This document shows positions 38,881 through 49,260 of a stretch of DNA of 64,000 nt, one piece after another. The number at the start of each line of letters is the position of its first letter. Position 1 is the first letter of the stretch. The notes below the pieces were generated by a model. The model was given only the letters and a program-made list of their open reading frames with translations, had not been told where the DNA came from and made no database searches. The stretch covers positions 128,001 to 192,000 of the forward strand of contig JAWLHJ010000004.1 in assembly GCA_041690395.1 (NCBI GenBank), written 5' to 3'. This DNA comes from Longimicrobiales bacterium (GTDB lineage Bacteria > Gemmatimonadota > Gemmatimonadetes > Longimicrobiales > Gaopeijiaceae). A program made the position numbers and the translations under genes.

Positions 38881-40181
38881 GACGGGATCTCCTCTACCGT
38901 CACGTCCGCGCGCCCCGCCAGCCATCCCTTGAGCGCGTCGGGAACACGGGCTTCGACCCGAACGCGCGTGCCCTCGCCCGTACGCTCGATCACCTCGGCC
39001 TCGCGATACAGAGCCGCGAGCCCCTCCCCATCGCCGGCGCCGAGCTCCACGCGCACGTGGGACAGCCGGGCGCGGCTTCGGGCGCGCAGCGTCTCCTTGA
39101 GCGGCTCGAGCGAGTCGTCACGGAGAGCCGACACGAACACGGCCGGCGTGGACTCCAGCGCCCTGACGCGGGCCTGGAGCGCGTCCTCCTCGGCGTGGGT
39201 CAGCCGGTCCATCTTGTTGAACACCAGGATCATGGTCCGATCCTGAAGCTCGAGGTCCTCGAGGACGGTCTCGACGACCTCGCGCTGCTCTTCCCAGTCC
39301 GGGTGGGACGCGTCGATGACGTGCAGCAGCACGTCGGCCTCCCGTGCCTCTTCGAGCGTCGACCGGAACGACGCGACGAGGTGGTGGGGGAGCTTGCGGA
39401 TGAAGCCGACCGTGTCGGTCACGAGGACGTCGTAGCCGCTGCCGAGCTCGACCGTGCGGGTCGCGGAATCGAGCGTGGCGAAGAGTCGATCCTCGACGAA
39501 CAGGTCCGAGCCGGACATGGCCCGGAGCAACGACGACTTACCGGCGTTCGTGTAGCCCACCAGGGCCGCCCGGAACTTCCCCTGCCGGGCCTTCCGCTGC
39601 GTCTCGCGCGCCTTTCCGACGGTGCGGAGCTTGTCGCGGAGATCGGCGATGCGCGTGCCGATGAGGCGTCGGTCGGTCTCGAGCTGTGTCTCGCCGGGAC
39701 CCCTCAGGCCGATGCCGCCCCGGATCCGCGAAAGGTGGCTCCACATACGTCGGAGCCGGGGGAGCAGGTATTGCAGCTGGGCCAGCTCGACCTGCATGCG
39801 CGCTTCCCTGGAGCGGGCCCGGGTCGCGAAGATGTCGAGGATGAGCTCGGACCGGTCCATGACGCGCACCTCGAGCAGCTCCTCGAGGTTCTTTCCCTGG
39901 GCGGGACTGAGCTCCTCGTCGAAGATGACCAGGTCGGCCTCGCGCTCCTGGACCAGGTCACGGAGCTGCTTCGCCTTGCCTTCGCCGATGTAGAAGCGGG
40001 GCTGAGGGTGGTCGAGGCGCTGCACGATCGTCCCCACGACCTTGCCGCCCGCGGTGTCCGTGAGGCGCGCCAACTCCTCGAGATGCTCCTCCACGAGCCG
40101 AGCGTCCACGTCCTGGACGGGAGCACCGACCAGCACCGCTCGATCCACGGGCGTGCGGAGGTCGATCAGCTGAGTGGGAAT
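38877..40181 (-). CDS. hflX: Ribosome-splitting GTPase HflX (probable ATT start)
   Basis: LILDIFA.RA, QVELAQL.Y, GPGETQLETDRR, GYTNAGKSS, LFATLD, DTVGFI, NKMD; start position inferred. Confidence 0.93.
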   Translation of the reverse strand: MPTQLIDLRTPVDRAVLVGAPVQDVDARLVEEHLEELARLTDTAGGKVVGTIVQRLDHPQPRFYIGEGKAKQLRDLVQEREADLVIFDEELSPAQGKNLEELLEVRVMDRSELILDIFATRARSREARMQVELAQLQYLLPRLRRMWSHLSRIRGGIGLRGPGETQLETDRRLIGTRIADLRDKLRTVGKARETQRKARQGKFRAALVGYTNAGKSSLLRAMSGSDLFVEDRLFATLDSATRTVELGSGYDVLVTDTVGFIRKLPHHLVASFRSTLEEAREADVLLHVIDASHPDWEEQREVVETVLEDLELQDRTMILVFNKMDRLTHAEEDALQARVRALESTPAVFVSALRDDSLEPLKETLRARSRARLSHVRVELGAGDGEGLAALYREAEVIERTGEGTRVRVEARVPDALKGWLAGRADVTVEEIPS

Positions 40182-40228
40182 GCGAGGAGGCTCCTGGCGT
40201 TGAACGGCGTAGCGAAGGTCATACAGGA

Positions 40229-40258
40229 AGAATAGCCAAGGTCGCGGCCAATGCTCAA
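40229..40258 (-). promoter_or_regulatory. Putative hflX promoter
   Basis: TTGAGC-N18-TATTCT at the end of rarA. Confidence 0.45.
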
Positions 40259-41619
40259 TCGCCTTCGGGCGTCTTGCCCGACCGGCGCTCGGCCCACCAG
40301 GCCAGCCGCTCGCGGATGGTCTTCTCGAACCCGAACCGGCCCGGATCGTAGAAGCGGGTCCCCTCGAGCTGCTCCGGGAGGTACCGCTGGCTCGAAACAC
40401 CGTGCTCCGTGGCCGGGTCGTACTGGTAGCCGTCGCCGTATCCCAGCTCCTTCATGAGCCCTGTCGGCGCGTTCCGTATGTGGAGCGGGACAGGGGCGGC
40501 CGGCGTATCGCGCGCGACCCGGAGCGCCTCCGACCACCCTTCGTAGACGCGGTTCGACTTGGGCGCGGTCGCGAGGTAGACCGCTGCCTGGGCCAGGGCC
40601 AGGTCGCCTTCCGGCGAGCCCAGGAAGTGATACGCGTCCCGTGCGGCCACGGTCACGTCGAGGGCACGCGGGTCGGCGAGCCCGATGTCCTCGATGGCCA
40701 TGCGCACCATACGCCGCGCGATGTAGAGCGGATCCTCACCGCCCTCGATCATGCGCGCGAGCCAGTAGAGAGCGGCGTCCGGATCGCTTCCGCGCACCGA
40801 CTTGTGAAGGGCCGAGATGAGGTTGTAATGCTCCTCGCCCCCCTTGTCGTAGGCCGCGAATCGGTGCTGAAGCGCCTCGCGCGCGACGTCGATGTCGAGC
40901 GTGCCGCCGGAGCCCGCGAGGCCCGCGGCGGCCTCCAGCGCCCCCAGCGCGCGGCGGGCGTCTCCGTCCGCGGCCGCCGCCAGGAAGTCGAGCGCGTCGG
41001 GCTCGGCCCGGACGCCCGCGGCGCCGAGTCCCCGGTCCTCGTCCACGAGCGCTTCCTCGAGGATCTCACGCACGTCGTCCGGTGAGAGCGGCTCCAGCAC
41101 GTAGACCGGGGCACGGGACAGGAGCGGCCGCACCACCTCGAACGACGGGTTCTCGGTCGTGGCCCCGACCAGGACGACGGTCCCCGACTCCACATGCGGC
41201 AGGAAGGCGTCCTGCTGGGCCTTGTTGAACCGGTGGATCTCGTCGCAGAACAGGATCGTGCGGCGACCCGTGGCGCGCAGACGTTCGTCCGCCTCCGCCA
41301 TGATCTGCCGGACACGCGGGATCCCCTCGGTCACGGCGCTCAGCGAGACGAACGAAAGACCCGTCTTCCGCGCGATCAGACGCGCGAGCGTCGTCTTGCC
41401 GCTACCCGGAGGGCCCCAGAGGATCATGCTTCCGGGTTGGCCACGCTCGAGCATCGCTCGGATGGCCCGGCCCTCGCCCAGGAGGTGGTCCTGCCCGCGG
41501 AACTCCTCGAGCGACCGAGGCCGCATCCGCGCGGCCAGTGGCGCGCCCGGACCCGGCTCGTCGGGTGACTCGGCGGGTCCGGTTCCGCCCGCGCCGCCGA
41601 ACAGATCGGGCTCAGGCAC
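40255..41619 (-). CDS. rarA: Replication-associated recombination protein A
   Basis: [57 protein letters not shown]. Confidence 0.96.
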   Translation of the reverse strand: MPEPDLFGGAGGTGPAESPDEPGPGAPLAARMRPRSLEEFRGQDHLLGEGRAIRAMLERGQPGSMILWGPPGSGKTTLARLIARKTGLSFVSLSAVTEGIPRVRQIMAEADERLRATGRRTILFCDEIHRFNKAQQDAFLPHVESGTVVLVGATTENPSFEVVRPLLSRAPVYVLEPLSPDDVREILEEALVDEDRGLGAAGVRAEPDALDFLAAAADGDARRALGALEAAAGLAGSGGTLDIDVAREALQHRFAAYDKGGEEHYNLISALHKSVRGSDPDAALYWLARMIEGGEDPLYIARRMVRMAIEDIGLADPRALDVTVAARDAYHFLGSPEGDLALAQAAVYLATAPKSNRVYEGWSEALRVARDTPAAPVPLHIRNAPTGLMKELGYGDGYQYDPATEHGVSSQRYLPEQLEGTRFYDPGRFGFEKTIRERLAWWAERRSGKTPEGD

Positions 41620-42916
41620 GGCCGGGCGTCTCCATCGCGAGGACCCTCTCGACGAGAAGCTCGGTCTGGTTCCGGGACGGATCGTCGAGCACCCAGTCGA
41701 GGAGCTCGTCGAGGATCTCGCCGAAACGTGGACCGGGCCGGAGCCCGAGCGAGATCAGGTCGCGACCGTCGAGTGCCAGGTCGCCCACGGCGAGCGGGGG
41801 TCCTGCGTCCCGGACCCGGCGGGCGGTCCGCCATGCCCCGACGACCGCATCGGGATCCGAGCCCGCGTCGACTCCGAGTGCCCGTCGGGTACGGGCGAAG
41901 GCGAGCTCCAACCGGGCCGACGCCGGCCACACGTCCCGCCCGACACCGCTCAGCCATCGGCGGAACTCGGCGTCCGGCGCCCCCGGATCGGGGAGTGGTG
42001 GTGCGGTGACCAACCGGAGTGTCCGGTCGACCTGTGCGTTCGAGAGACGCATGCGGAAGAGCAGCTGCGCCGAGGGCTCCGCACCCAACGGCCTGAGGAG
42101 CGCGCCGAGCCGGAGGAGCGCGTTGCCCACGGGCAGGGTATCCACCACGGCGCAGGCGATCTCCCATGCCGACGGGCCCGGGCCGGCCGTCTCCGCACAC
42201 CGGACGTCGTCCAACTCCGGGTACAGGGCGCCCAGGGCGCCCGACTCCGCGTACAGCCCGAGCGCCCGTGACGGCACGGGATCCGTGTCGAGCACCTTGA
42301 GGAGCTCGTCCCGGATCCGTTCTGCCGACAGCCCGCGCAGCCGGTCGCTCACCCCGCTGATCGCGGCCCAGGTGGCCTCGTCGATGTCGAGCCCGAAGCG
42401 ACCCGCGAACCGGAACGCCCGGAGCACCCGCAGATAGTCCTCGCGGAACCGCTCCTCCGGCTCGCCGACCGTCCGGAGCACGCCCCGCTCGAGATCCCCT
42501 CTTCCGTCGAACGGATCGTGCAGGCGCTCCGTGAGCGGGTGCCAGGCGATCGCGTTCACGGTGAAGTCACGGCGCGCGAGATCATCGTCGATCCGGTCCG
42601 CGAACGACACCACCGCGTGTCGGCCGTCGGTCTCCACGTCGCGACGGAACGTCGTCACCTCGTACATCGTGCCGTCCCGGGCCAGCACCCCGACCGTGCC
42701 GTGCTCGATACCCACGGGCACGGTGCGCCGGAAGACCCGGCGGATATCCTTCGGTCGGGCACGGGTGGTCAAGTCCCAGTCTCCGGACGGACGACCGGCC
42801 AGCCCATCCCTCACGGCTCCCCCCACCGCCCAGGTCTCGAAGCCGTGGTCCTCCAGCGTGCGCGCGACCCAGACCACCGCTGGCGGGGCCGTGAGGTGCA
42901 CTCTGGGCTGGCTCAC
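41612..42916 (-). CDS. cca: CCA tRNA nucleotidyltransferase (class II)
   Basis: [51 protein letters not shown]. Confidence 0.9.
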   Translation of the reverse strand: MSQPRVHLTAPPAVVWVARTLEDHGFETWAVGGAVRDGLAGRPSGDWDLTTRARPKDIRRVFRRTVPVGIEHGTVGVLARDGTMYEVTTFRRDVETDGRHAVVSFADRIDDDLARRDFTVNAIAWHPLTERLHDPFDGRGDLERGVLRTVGEPEERFREDYLRVLRAFRFAGRFGLDIDEATWAAISGVSDRLRGLSAERIRDELLKVLDTDPVPSRALGLYAESGALGALYPELDDVRCAETAGPGPSAWEIACAVVDTLPVGNALLRLGALLRPLGAEPSAQLLFRMRLSNAQVDRTLRLVTAPPLPDPGAPDAEFRRWLSGVGRDVWPASARLELAFARTRRALGVDAGSDPDAVVGAWRTARRVRDAGPPLAVGDLALDGRDLISLGLRPGPRFGEILDELLDWVLDDPSRNQTELLVERVLAMETPGRA

Positions 42917-42923
42917 GGCTTCG

Positions 42924-43511
42924 TCACTCCGCCAGGGCCGACTCGACCAGATCGCACACGATGTGGCCGATCGTGAGGTGCATCTCCTGCGCCCGCGCCG
43001 TGGAGTCGGTCGGTACGACGAGCGCGAGATCGACCTCCGAGCGCAGGCGGCCTCCTCCCTTGGCGAGCAGCGCGCATGTGCGGGCCCCGACGTCCCGGGC
43101 CGCACGAGCGGCCCGGATGAGATTCTCCGACTCCCCGCTCGTGGAATGCAGGACGAGGAGGTCGGAGGGGCGAGCGAGCGCCCGTACCTGACGCTCGAAC
43201 ACGGCGTCGAAGCCGTAATCGTTGCCCCCCGCCGTCAGGATCGAAGTGTCGGTGGTGAGGGCGATCGCGGCCAGGGGCGCCCGTTCCCGCGCGAACCGGA
43301 CGACATACTCGGCGGCGAGGTGCTGCGCGTCCGCGGCCGACCCTCCATTGCCGCAGAAGAGGAGCTTTCCACCGGCCCGCAGCGCCTCCAGAGACGCGTC
43401 GACGAGCGAGACGATCTCGTCGCCCATCGCATCCGCGACCCGCCGGGCGAGCTCCGCGTGGTCCATGAGGGCGGCGTGGAGGGCCTCCTCCCGCGACGGC
43501 CGGCCGCTCAC
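42924..43511 (-). CDS. gmhA: Phosphoheptose isomerase (SIS domain)
   Basis: CGNGGSAADAQHLAAE, NDYGF, STSGES, QEMH. Confidence 0.92.
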   Translation of the reverse strand: MSGRPSREEALHAALMDHAELARRVADAMGDEIVSLVDASLEALRAGGKLLFCGNGGSAADAQHLAAEYVVRFARERAPLAAIALTTDTSILTAGGNDYGFDAVFERQVRALARPSDLLVLHSTSGESENLIRAARAARDVGARTCALLAKGGGRLRSEVDLALVVPTDSTARAQEMHLTIGHIVCDLVESALAE

Positions 43512-44323
43512 TGCACGAGCTCCTTGATGCGAGCCCAGAAGCCGCGCTCTTCGGGCAGCGGCTCGACCGCCAGGGGTGCCTCGTTGCGGAGCATCCGAGA
43601 TGGATTGGTGACGCATAGCGTCGTGAGCATGTCGCGGGCGCCCAGCTCCTCCAGGATCGACCACGCTTCCTTCTTGTAGAGCTTCATACCGGACTGTCCA
43701 TGGAAATCGGTCGACAGGTAGTCCGCCCATCCGCGCCGGAGCAGGCGGAACGCGTTCTGGCGGGCGTCCGAGCCGTAACGGCCCGCGAAAGAGCCGTAGT
43801 TCACCTGGAGTGCCGCGCCGGCGTCCTTCCAGCTCGCTACCACATCGAGCTGGGCGCCCACTCCGTGATATCGCTCGGGATGGGCGATGATGGGCCGATA
43901 CCCGGCCGACACGATGCTCTCGAGTACGCGAGCCGTGCCGGGCGGGATCTGCATGCGAGGCCATTCCACCAACACGAAGTCGGTACCCGCCATGCGGATG
44001 CGGCGATCGGAGAAGTCCGGATCCGGCACGTCGAGCATCACCTCGTGCCCGAGCCTGAACTCGACCTCGGGAAAGTCCGATCCCACCGCGTCAGCCGCCT
44101 CCTCCCAGGCCCGCTCCACTTGGTCCAGCCGGTACCCGAGGGCCGGAGGGTCCAGCGTCAGCCCCGCCCGGATGTGTGGGGTGGTGACGATCTTCCGGAT
44201 CCCCGCGCGCGCCATCCGCTCCACCGAGGCCAGGACCGCCGGGACGTCACGCGCCCCGTCGTCGACCCCGGGGACGAGGTGGCTGTGCAGGTCGATCACG
44301 GAGGTGGGGTCCCGATCGCTCAC
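43508..44323 (-). CDS. CpsB/CapC-family PHP protein-tyrosine phosphatase
   Basis: IDLHSHLVPGVDDG, TPH, IIAHPERY, LQVN, STDFH, NP. Confidence 0.9.
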   Translation of the reverse strand: MSDRDPTSVIDLHSHLVPGVDDGARDVPAVLASVERMARAGIRKIVTTPHIRAGLTLDPPALGYRLDQVERAWEEAADAVGSDFPEVEFRLGHEVMLDVPDPDFSDRRIRMAGTDFVLVEWPRMQIPPGTARVLESIVSAGYRPIIAHPERYHGVGAQLDVVASWKDAGAALQVNYGSFAGRYGSDARQNAFRLLRRGWADYLSTDFHGQSGMKLYKKEAWSILEELGARDMLTTLCVTNPSRMLRNEAPLAVEPLPEERGFWARIKELVQ

Positions 44324-44616
44324 CGCGCGCTCGCGCTCCGGAGGATCCACGTCAGCGACGCTTCGGGGTCGTCCGCCTCGAGCGCCGCCTCACAGGCGTA
44401 GGTGATCAGGGCGTCCGCCGCCAGGAGCTCGAACGCGCTCTCCCGGACCCGGCCCGGACGCGCGAGCGCTGCTTCGAGCGCCTGCCGCCCCATCGACGTG
44501 AGCGAGCGGACCGGCGGCTGGCCTGGGTCCGACGGCGCACGGGACGTCCACCGTGCCAACGGCACCGACGACGGAGGCTGCCGTTCAGCGAGCCAGTCCT
44601 CGAGCCGCGCGCTCAT
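44320..44616 (-). CDS. Small hypothetical protein
   Basis: Coupled by overlaps to alaS and the phosphatase; RESAFELLAADALITYACEAA. Confidence 0.7.
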   Translation of the reverse strand: MSARLEDWLAERQPPSSVPLARWTSRAPSDPGQPPVRSLTSMGRQALEAALARPGRVRESAFELLAADALITYACEAALEADDPEASLTWILRSASAR

Positions 44617-47255
44617 TCCACCGCGCTGCCCAGAAGGCGCTCGCGCACCTTCTCGGCCCCCAGGGCCAGGGCCTCGTCGAGGCGCGCGGCGTCGCCGACC
44701 CCGGCCTGGGCCAGGTGCGGCCGTCCACCGCCCTTCCCTCCGACGACCGCGGCCACGTCGCGCACGACGGCGTCGGCACGAATTCCCTTCGCGATCAGAT
44801 CGTCGGTAACGAACGCGAAGAGGGCCTGCTTGTCTTCGGGGAGCTCCGCGGCCACCACGGCGACGCCGCTCTCGCCCGACGACAGGAACGCGTCTCCCCA
44901 ACTGCGGGCGTCGTCGGCGTCGCGGGCCTTGAGTCGGATCGCCCGATAGCGGGTCGACGTCCCGCCTCCGAGGTCGTAGGACTCGGAAACCACCTCTTGC
45001 TCGCCGGCACCGCCACCCGATCGGAGCTCGGCCAGCAGCGACTCGAGCTCCGTCTTCTCGGCCACGAGACGCTCGGCCCGCTGCGTCAGGTTCTCGGGCT
45101 TCGTGCGCAGCACGTCGGCCGCTTCCTCGAGGGCCCGCTCCCTGTCGGTCAGGTACCGGAAGGCCCCGGGCCCGGTGAGCGCCTCGACGCGCCGCACGCC
45201 GGCCGCGACGCCGGACTCGCTCACGATCCGGAACAGGCCGATCTCTCCGGTATGCCGGGCGTGCGTGCCTCCGCACAGCTCCATGCTCACGCCCGGAATA
45301 TCGACCACCCGGACATCGTCGCCGTACTTCTCGCCGAACAGCGCCATCGCCCCGGCCGCCACGGCCTCGCGATAGGACCGCTGGCCGATCTCGACCGGGT
45401 GGTCCTCCCAGATGCGCCGGTTGACGATGTCCTCGACCCGACGCCGTTCCTCGGGGGTCATGGGCGCCGTGTGGGCGAAATCGAAGCGGAGGCGGTCAGG
45501 CGCCACCAGAGAGCCTCGCTGAACCACGTGGTCTCCGAGGACTTCCCTGAGCGCCGCATGGAGCAGATGTGTCGCCGTGTGGTTCCGTACGGTGTCGTGC
45601 CGGACGTCTTCGGGCACGGACGCGACGGCACTCACCGGGGCACGCCCGACCGGGAACGTCCCGGTGAGCGTACCGAACAAGGCCGTCCGCTCACCGGCTC
45701 GCGCCACCCGCTCGACCTCCAGGGACCACCCGTCACCCGAGACCACCCCTCCGTCGGAGACCTGGCCACCGCTCTCGAGATAGAACGGGTTCTCCTCCAG
45801 GACGATGCCCGCCGATCCGTCGCCGAGCCGGTACGCGAGCACGTGGGTCTCGGCACGGAGCCGGTCGTAGCCGACGAACCGCTGCTCCTCGTCGGCCAGC
45901 ACGGTCCACTCACCCACATCCTCGTCGTCCATGGCCACACCCGAGCTCGCGCGGTCGGCGCGGGACCTGGCGCGCTGAGCGTCCAGAGCCCGCTCGAAGC
46001 CGTCCACGTCGACGTCGTAGCCGCGCTCCTCGGCCATCAGCTCGGTCAGGTCGAGGGGGAAGCCGAACGTGTCGTAGAGCTTGAACGCCTCGTCTCCAGC
46101 TATGGTGCCCCCGTCGCCCGAGGCCAGCTCGGCGAAGCGCTCCATGCCGCCTTCGATCGTCTGTAGGAAGCGCTCCTCCTCGGCCCGGGTGCTCCGCAGC
46201 AGGTGATCGCGTCGTTCGACCAGCTCCGGATAGACGTCTCCCATGCTCTCGATCACGGCATCCACCACATCGACGAGCGTCGCCTCGCGGCGTCCGAGCA
46301 GCCAGGCATGGCGGACCGCGCGCCGCAGGATACGACGCAGCACGTATCCGCGTCCCTCGCTCGACGGAAAGACACCGTCGGCCAGCAGGAACGCCACGGC
46401 GCGTGCGTGGTCCGCGAGCACCCGGTAGCTGACGCCTTCCTCGGAGTCACGGTCGTAGGGCCGGCCGACGAGCTCGGCCACGCGCTCGAGCAGCGGCGCG
46501 AAGCCGTCCGCGTGGTAGTTCGAGTCGACACCCTGGAGGACGGCCGCGATCCGCTCGAGCCCCGCCCCCGTATCGACGCATGGCGCCGGCAACGGATGCA
46601 GCTCCCCGTTCTCGTCACGATCGAACTGCATGAACACGAGGTTCCACAGCTCGATGATCGTGCCGGCCTCGTTCAACTCCACGAACGCCTCCGTCGTCGT
46701 GACCGGGTTGCGCTCCTCGCGCAGGTCGTAGTGGAGCTCGGAGCACGGGCCGCAGGGGCCCGTGTCGGCCATCTGCCAGAAGTTGTCCTTGTCGCCGAGC
46801 CGGAAGACCCGCTCCGCCGGCAACCCGATGTCGTTCAACCACAGATCGGCGGCCTCGTCGTCCGTATGGTGCACCGTGGCGTAGAAGCGCTCCGGGTCGA
46901 GGCCGTACACCTCCGTCATCAGCTCCCAGGCGTAACGGATGGCGTCGCGCTTGAAGTAGTCGCCGAACGAGAAGTTCCCGAGCATCTCGAAGAAGGTGTG
47001 GTGCCGGGTCGTCCGACCCACTTCCTCGAGATCGTTGTGCTTGCCCCCCGCGCGTACGCACTTCTGGGCCGTGACCGCCCGCGTATACCCCGGGTCGTGC
47101 TGGCCCAGGAAGACGCGCTTGAACTGTACCATTCCCGCGTTGGTGAACAGGAGGGTCGGGTCGTCCGCCGGCACGAGCGGCGAACTGGGGCGGACGGTAT
47201 GCCCCCGATCCCTGAAGTAGTCGAGGAATCGGCTTCTGATCTGGGCGGTCTTCAT
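44613..47255 (-). CDS. alaS: Alanine-tRNA ligase
   Basis: LLFTNAGM, HHTFFEMLGNFSFGDYFK, HTATHLLH, ELCGGTH, GGKGGG. Confidence 0.98.
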   Translation of the reverse strand: MKTAQIRSRFLDYFRDRGHTVRPSSPLVPADDPTLLFTNAGMVQFKRVFLGQHDPGYTRAVTAQKCVRAGGKHNDLEEVGRTTRHHTFFEMLGNFSFGDYFKRDAIRYAWELMTEVYGLDPERFYATVHHTDDEAADLWLNDIGLPAERVFRLGDKDNFWQMADTGPCGPCSELHYDLREERNPVTTTEAFVELNEAGTIIELWNLVFMQFDRDENGELHPLPAPCVDTGAGLERIAAVLQGVDSNYHADGFAPLLERVAELVGRPYDRDSEEGVSYRVLADHARAVAFLLADGVFPSSEGRGYVLRRILRRAVRHAWLLGRREATLVDVVDAVIESMGDVYPELVERRDHLLRSTRAEEERFLQTIEGGMERFAELASGDGGTIAGDEAFKLYDTFGFPLDLTELMAEERGYDVDVDGFERALDAQRARSRADRASSGVAMDDEDVGEWTVLADEEQRFVGYDRLRAETHVLAYRLGDGSAGIVLEENPFYLESGGQVSDGGVVSGDGWSLEVERVARAGERTALFGTLTGTFPVGRAPVSAVASVPEDVRHDTVRNHTATHLLHAALREVLGDHVVQRGSLVAPDRLRFDFAHTAPMTPEERRRVEDIVNRRIWEDHPVEIGQRSYREAVAAGAMALFGEKYGDDVRVVDIPGVSMELCGGTHARHTGEIGLFRIVSESGVAAGVRRVEALTGPGAFRYLTDRERALEEAADVLRTKPENLTQRAERLVAEKTELESLLAELRSGGGAGEQEVVSESYDLGGGTSTRYRAIRLKARDADDARSWGDAFLSSGESGVAVVAAELPEDKQALFAFVTDDLIAKGIRADAVVRDVAAVVGGKGGGRPHLAQAGVGDAARLDEALALGAEKVRERLLGSAVE

Positions 47256-47408
47256 GAAACTCCGAACGACGAACGGGCGACTGGACGAGCGAGCTCGAGT
47301 GGATGGGGTCCACCGCCACGGCACTCCGGAACTGCCCGGAAACGCCGTGCTCGGCCGGGAAAGGGCCGAGCCTTAACGATAACGCTCCAGCGCGGATCCC
47401 GAGAGTCC

Positions 47409-47445
47409 GAAGGGGCTCGGGCGCATGCAGCGCTCGAGCCCCTTC
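47409..47445 (-). terminator. Strong hairpin downstream of recA (possible terminator; no U-tract)
   Basis: GAAGGGGCTCG...CGAGCCCCTTC inverted repeat. Confidence 0.45.
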
Positions 47446-47486
47446 ATACCGATCTCGGAGTTGCGCGCGGAGCGGCCGCGCTCTGC

Positions 47487-48551
47487 CTACTCCTCGTCGG
47501 CCTCCGAATCGTCGTCGTCACGGGCCCCGCCGATGCCCGGCAAGGAGAGCGCGTCCCGGATTTTCATCTCGATTTCGAGCGCGATGTCGTCGTTCTCGGC
47601 CAGGAAGGCCTTCGAGTTCTCCTTCCCCTGACCCAGCCGGAGATCCCCGTAGGAGAACCAGGAGCCGGACTTGTCGACGATCCCGTGATCGACGCCCAGG
47701 TCGACGAGGAGACCGGTATGGCTCACGCCCTCGTTGTACTGGATGTCGAACTCGGCCTGCTTGAAGGGAGGGGCGCACTTGTTCTTGACCACCTTCACGC
47801 GCGTCCGGTTCCCGACGACGTCCTGACCGTCCTTGATCGCTCCGATCCGACGGATATCGAGCCGCAACGATGCATAGAACTTGAGCGCCCGCCCGCCGGA
47901 CGTGGTCTCGGGACTCCCGAACATCACGCCGACCTTCTCACGGATCTGGTTGGTGAAGACGACCGAGGTGTGCGACCGATTCACAGCGCCCGTGAGCTTC
48001 CGGAGCGCCTGGCTCATGAGCCGGGCCTGGAGCCCGACGTGCGTATCGCCCATCTCGCCTTCGATCTCGGCTCGGGGTACGAGAGCCGCCACGGAGTCCA
48101 CCACCACGACGTCGATCGCGTTGCTTCGGATGAGCACCTCGGCGATCTCGAGCGCCTGCTCTCCGGTGTCGGGCTGGGATACGAGCAGGTTGTCGACGTC
48201 GACCCCCAGCTTCCGCGCGTAATTGATGTCCAGCGCGTGTTCCGCGTCGATGAAGGCCGCGATACCGCCTTTCCGCTGAGCATTCGCTATGACCTGGAGA
48301 CAGATCGTGGTCTTCCCCGACGACTCTGGACCATAGATCTCGCTGATGCGGCCGCGCGGAATCCCGCCGATGCCGATCGCGGCGTCGAGGTTCAGGGCGC
48401 CGGTCGAGATCGCCTCGATGGCCACCATCCCGCCTTCCGCGCCCATGCGCATGATCGCGCCTTTTCCGTACGAGCGCTCGATCTGCGTGAGCGCCGTATC
48501 GAGGGCCTTCTTCTTCTGATCGTCGGTCTTTTCGGTCTGCGCCGTCCCCAT
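47487..48551 (-). CDS. recA: Recombinase RecA
   Basis: [43 protein letters not shown]. Confidence 0.99.
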   Translation of the reverse strand: MGTAQTEKTDDQKKKALDTALTQIERSYGKGAIMRMGAEGGMVAIEAISTGALNLDAAIGIGGIPRGRISEIYGPESSGKTTICLQVIANAQRKGGIAAFIDAEHALDINYARKLGVDVDNLLVSQPDTGEQALEIAEVLIRSNAIDVVVVDSVAALVPRAEIEGEMGDTHVGLQARLMSQALRKLTGAVNRSHTSVVFTNQIREKVGVMFGSPETTSGGRALKFYASLRLDIRRIGAIKDGQDVVGNRTRVKVVKNKCAPPFKQAEFDIQYNEGVSHTGLLVDLGVDHGIVDKSGSWFSYGDLRLGQGKENSKAFLAENDDIALEIEMKIRDALSLPGIGGARDDDDSEADEE

Positions 48552-48774
48552 ATCCCCTCCATCAAAGGGTTCCGCTTCTCGGAACCGCGTACGGGAAAGT
48601 ACACGACCCGAAGATAAAGCGAAAGTACCCAGGAATCCCTTCGTCTCGAACGCAAGCTACCCACCCGCACGGGACGGCGGAATGCCGGGTTGGGATGGCA
48701 CGCCCCTTGCGGCATCCGGGGCCTGGCTTACTCTTGTGTCATCCGTCGACTGGCCTTCTGCCGGTACCCTTCGA

Positions 48775-49206
48775 ATGAGCAACGTCACCAACGGGCGCGC
48801 CCGCCTCCGTTTCGACAGCCTCGAGCAGGTCACGACCCCGGACGGTTCCGGGCGTGTGGCCGTGCGGCTCGAGTGGCGCGGGGATATGTTCGAGGGTGAG
48901 GTGCCCTGCCTCCAGACGCAACAGGGCATCCTCAGGGCCGCGGCTCAATCCACCGTCGCCGCCACCGTCGCCTCGACCCGGGGCGAGAACGGAACCAAGA
49001 TCCAGCTCGAAGTCGTCGGCGTGAAGGCTGTGAGGGCGTTCGACGGATGGGTCGTCGTGGCCCGCATCAACGGTGCGGCGGGCAACGAGACCTACCGGCT
49101 TCTCGGGGCCGCCCCCTGTGAGCGGGAAGAGGACCTACCCGGCGCGGCGGTCAAGGCGGTCCTGAACGCCAGCAACCGGATTCTGGAGCAGAGAGTCGCC
49201 CGATAG
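48775..49206 (+). CDS. Hypothetical protein divergent from recA
   Basis: Well-formed ORF ending AAVKAVLNASNR; function not recognised. Confidence 0.65.
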   Translation: MSNVTNGRARLRFDSLEQVTTPDGSGRVAVRLEWRGDMFEGEVPCLQTQQGILRAAAQSTVAATVASTRGENGTKIQLEVVGVKAVRAFDGWVVVARINGAAGNETYRLLGAAPCEREEDLPGAAVKAVLNASNRILEQRVAR

Positions 49207-49260
49207 GGTGCCGGGGCGAATCCGGCCGACCCGCCGGCTCGCCAACCGCACGAGGAGCGC

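Noticed and set aside
47256..47486. T-box riboswitch or recX remnant before alaS
   Set aside because: No T-box consensus (AAGGTGGTACC-like) or U-tailed terminator, and no RecX-like reading frame was recognised.
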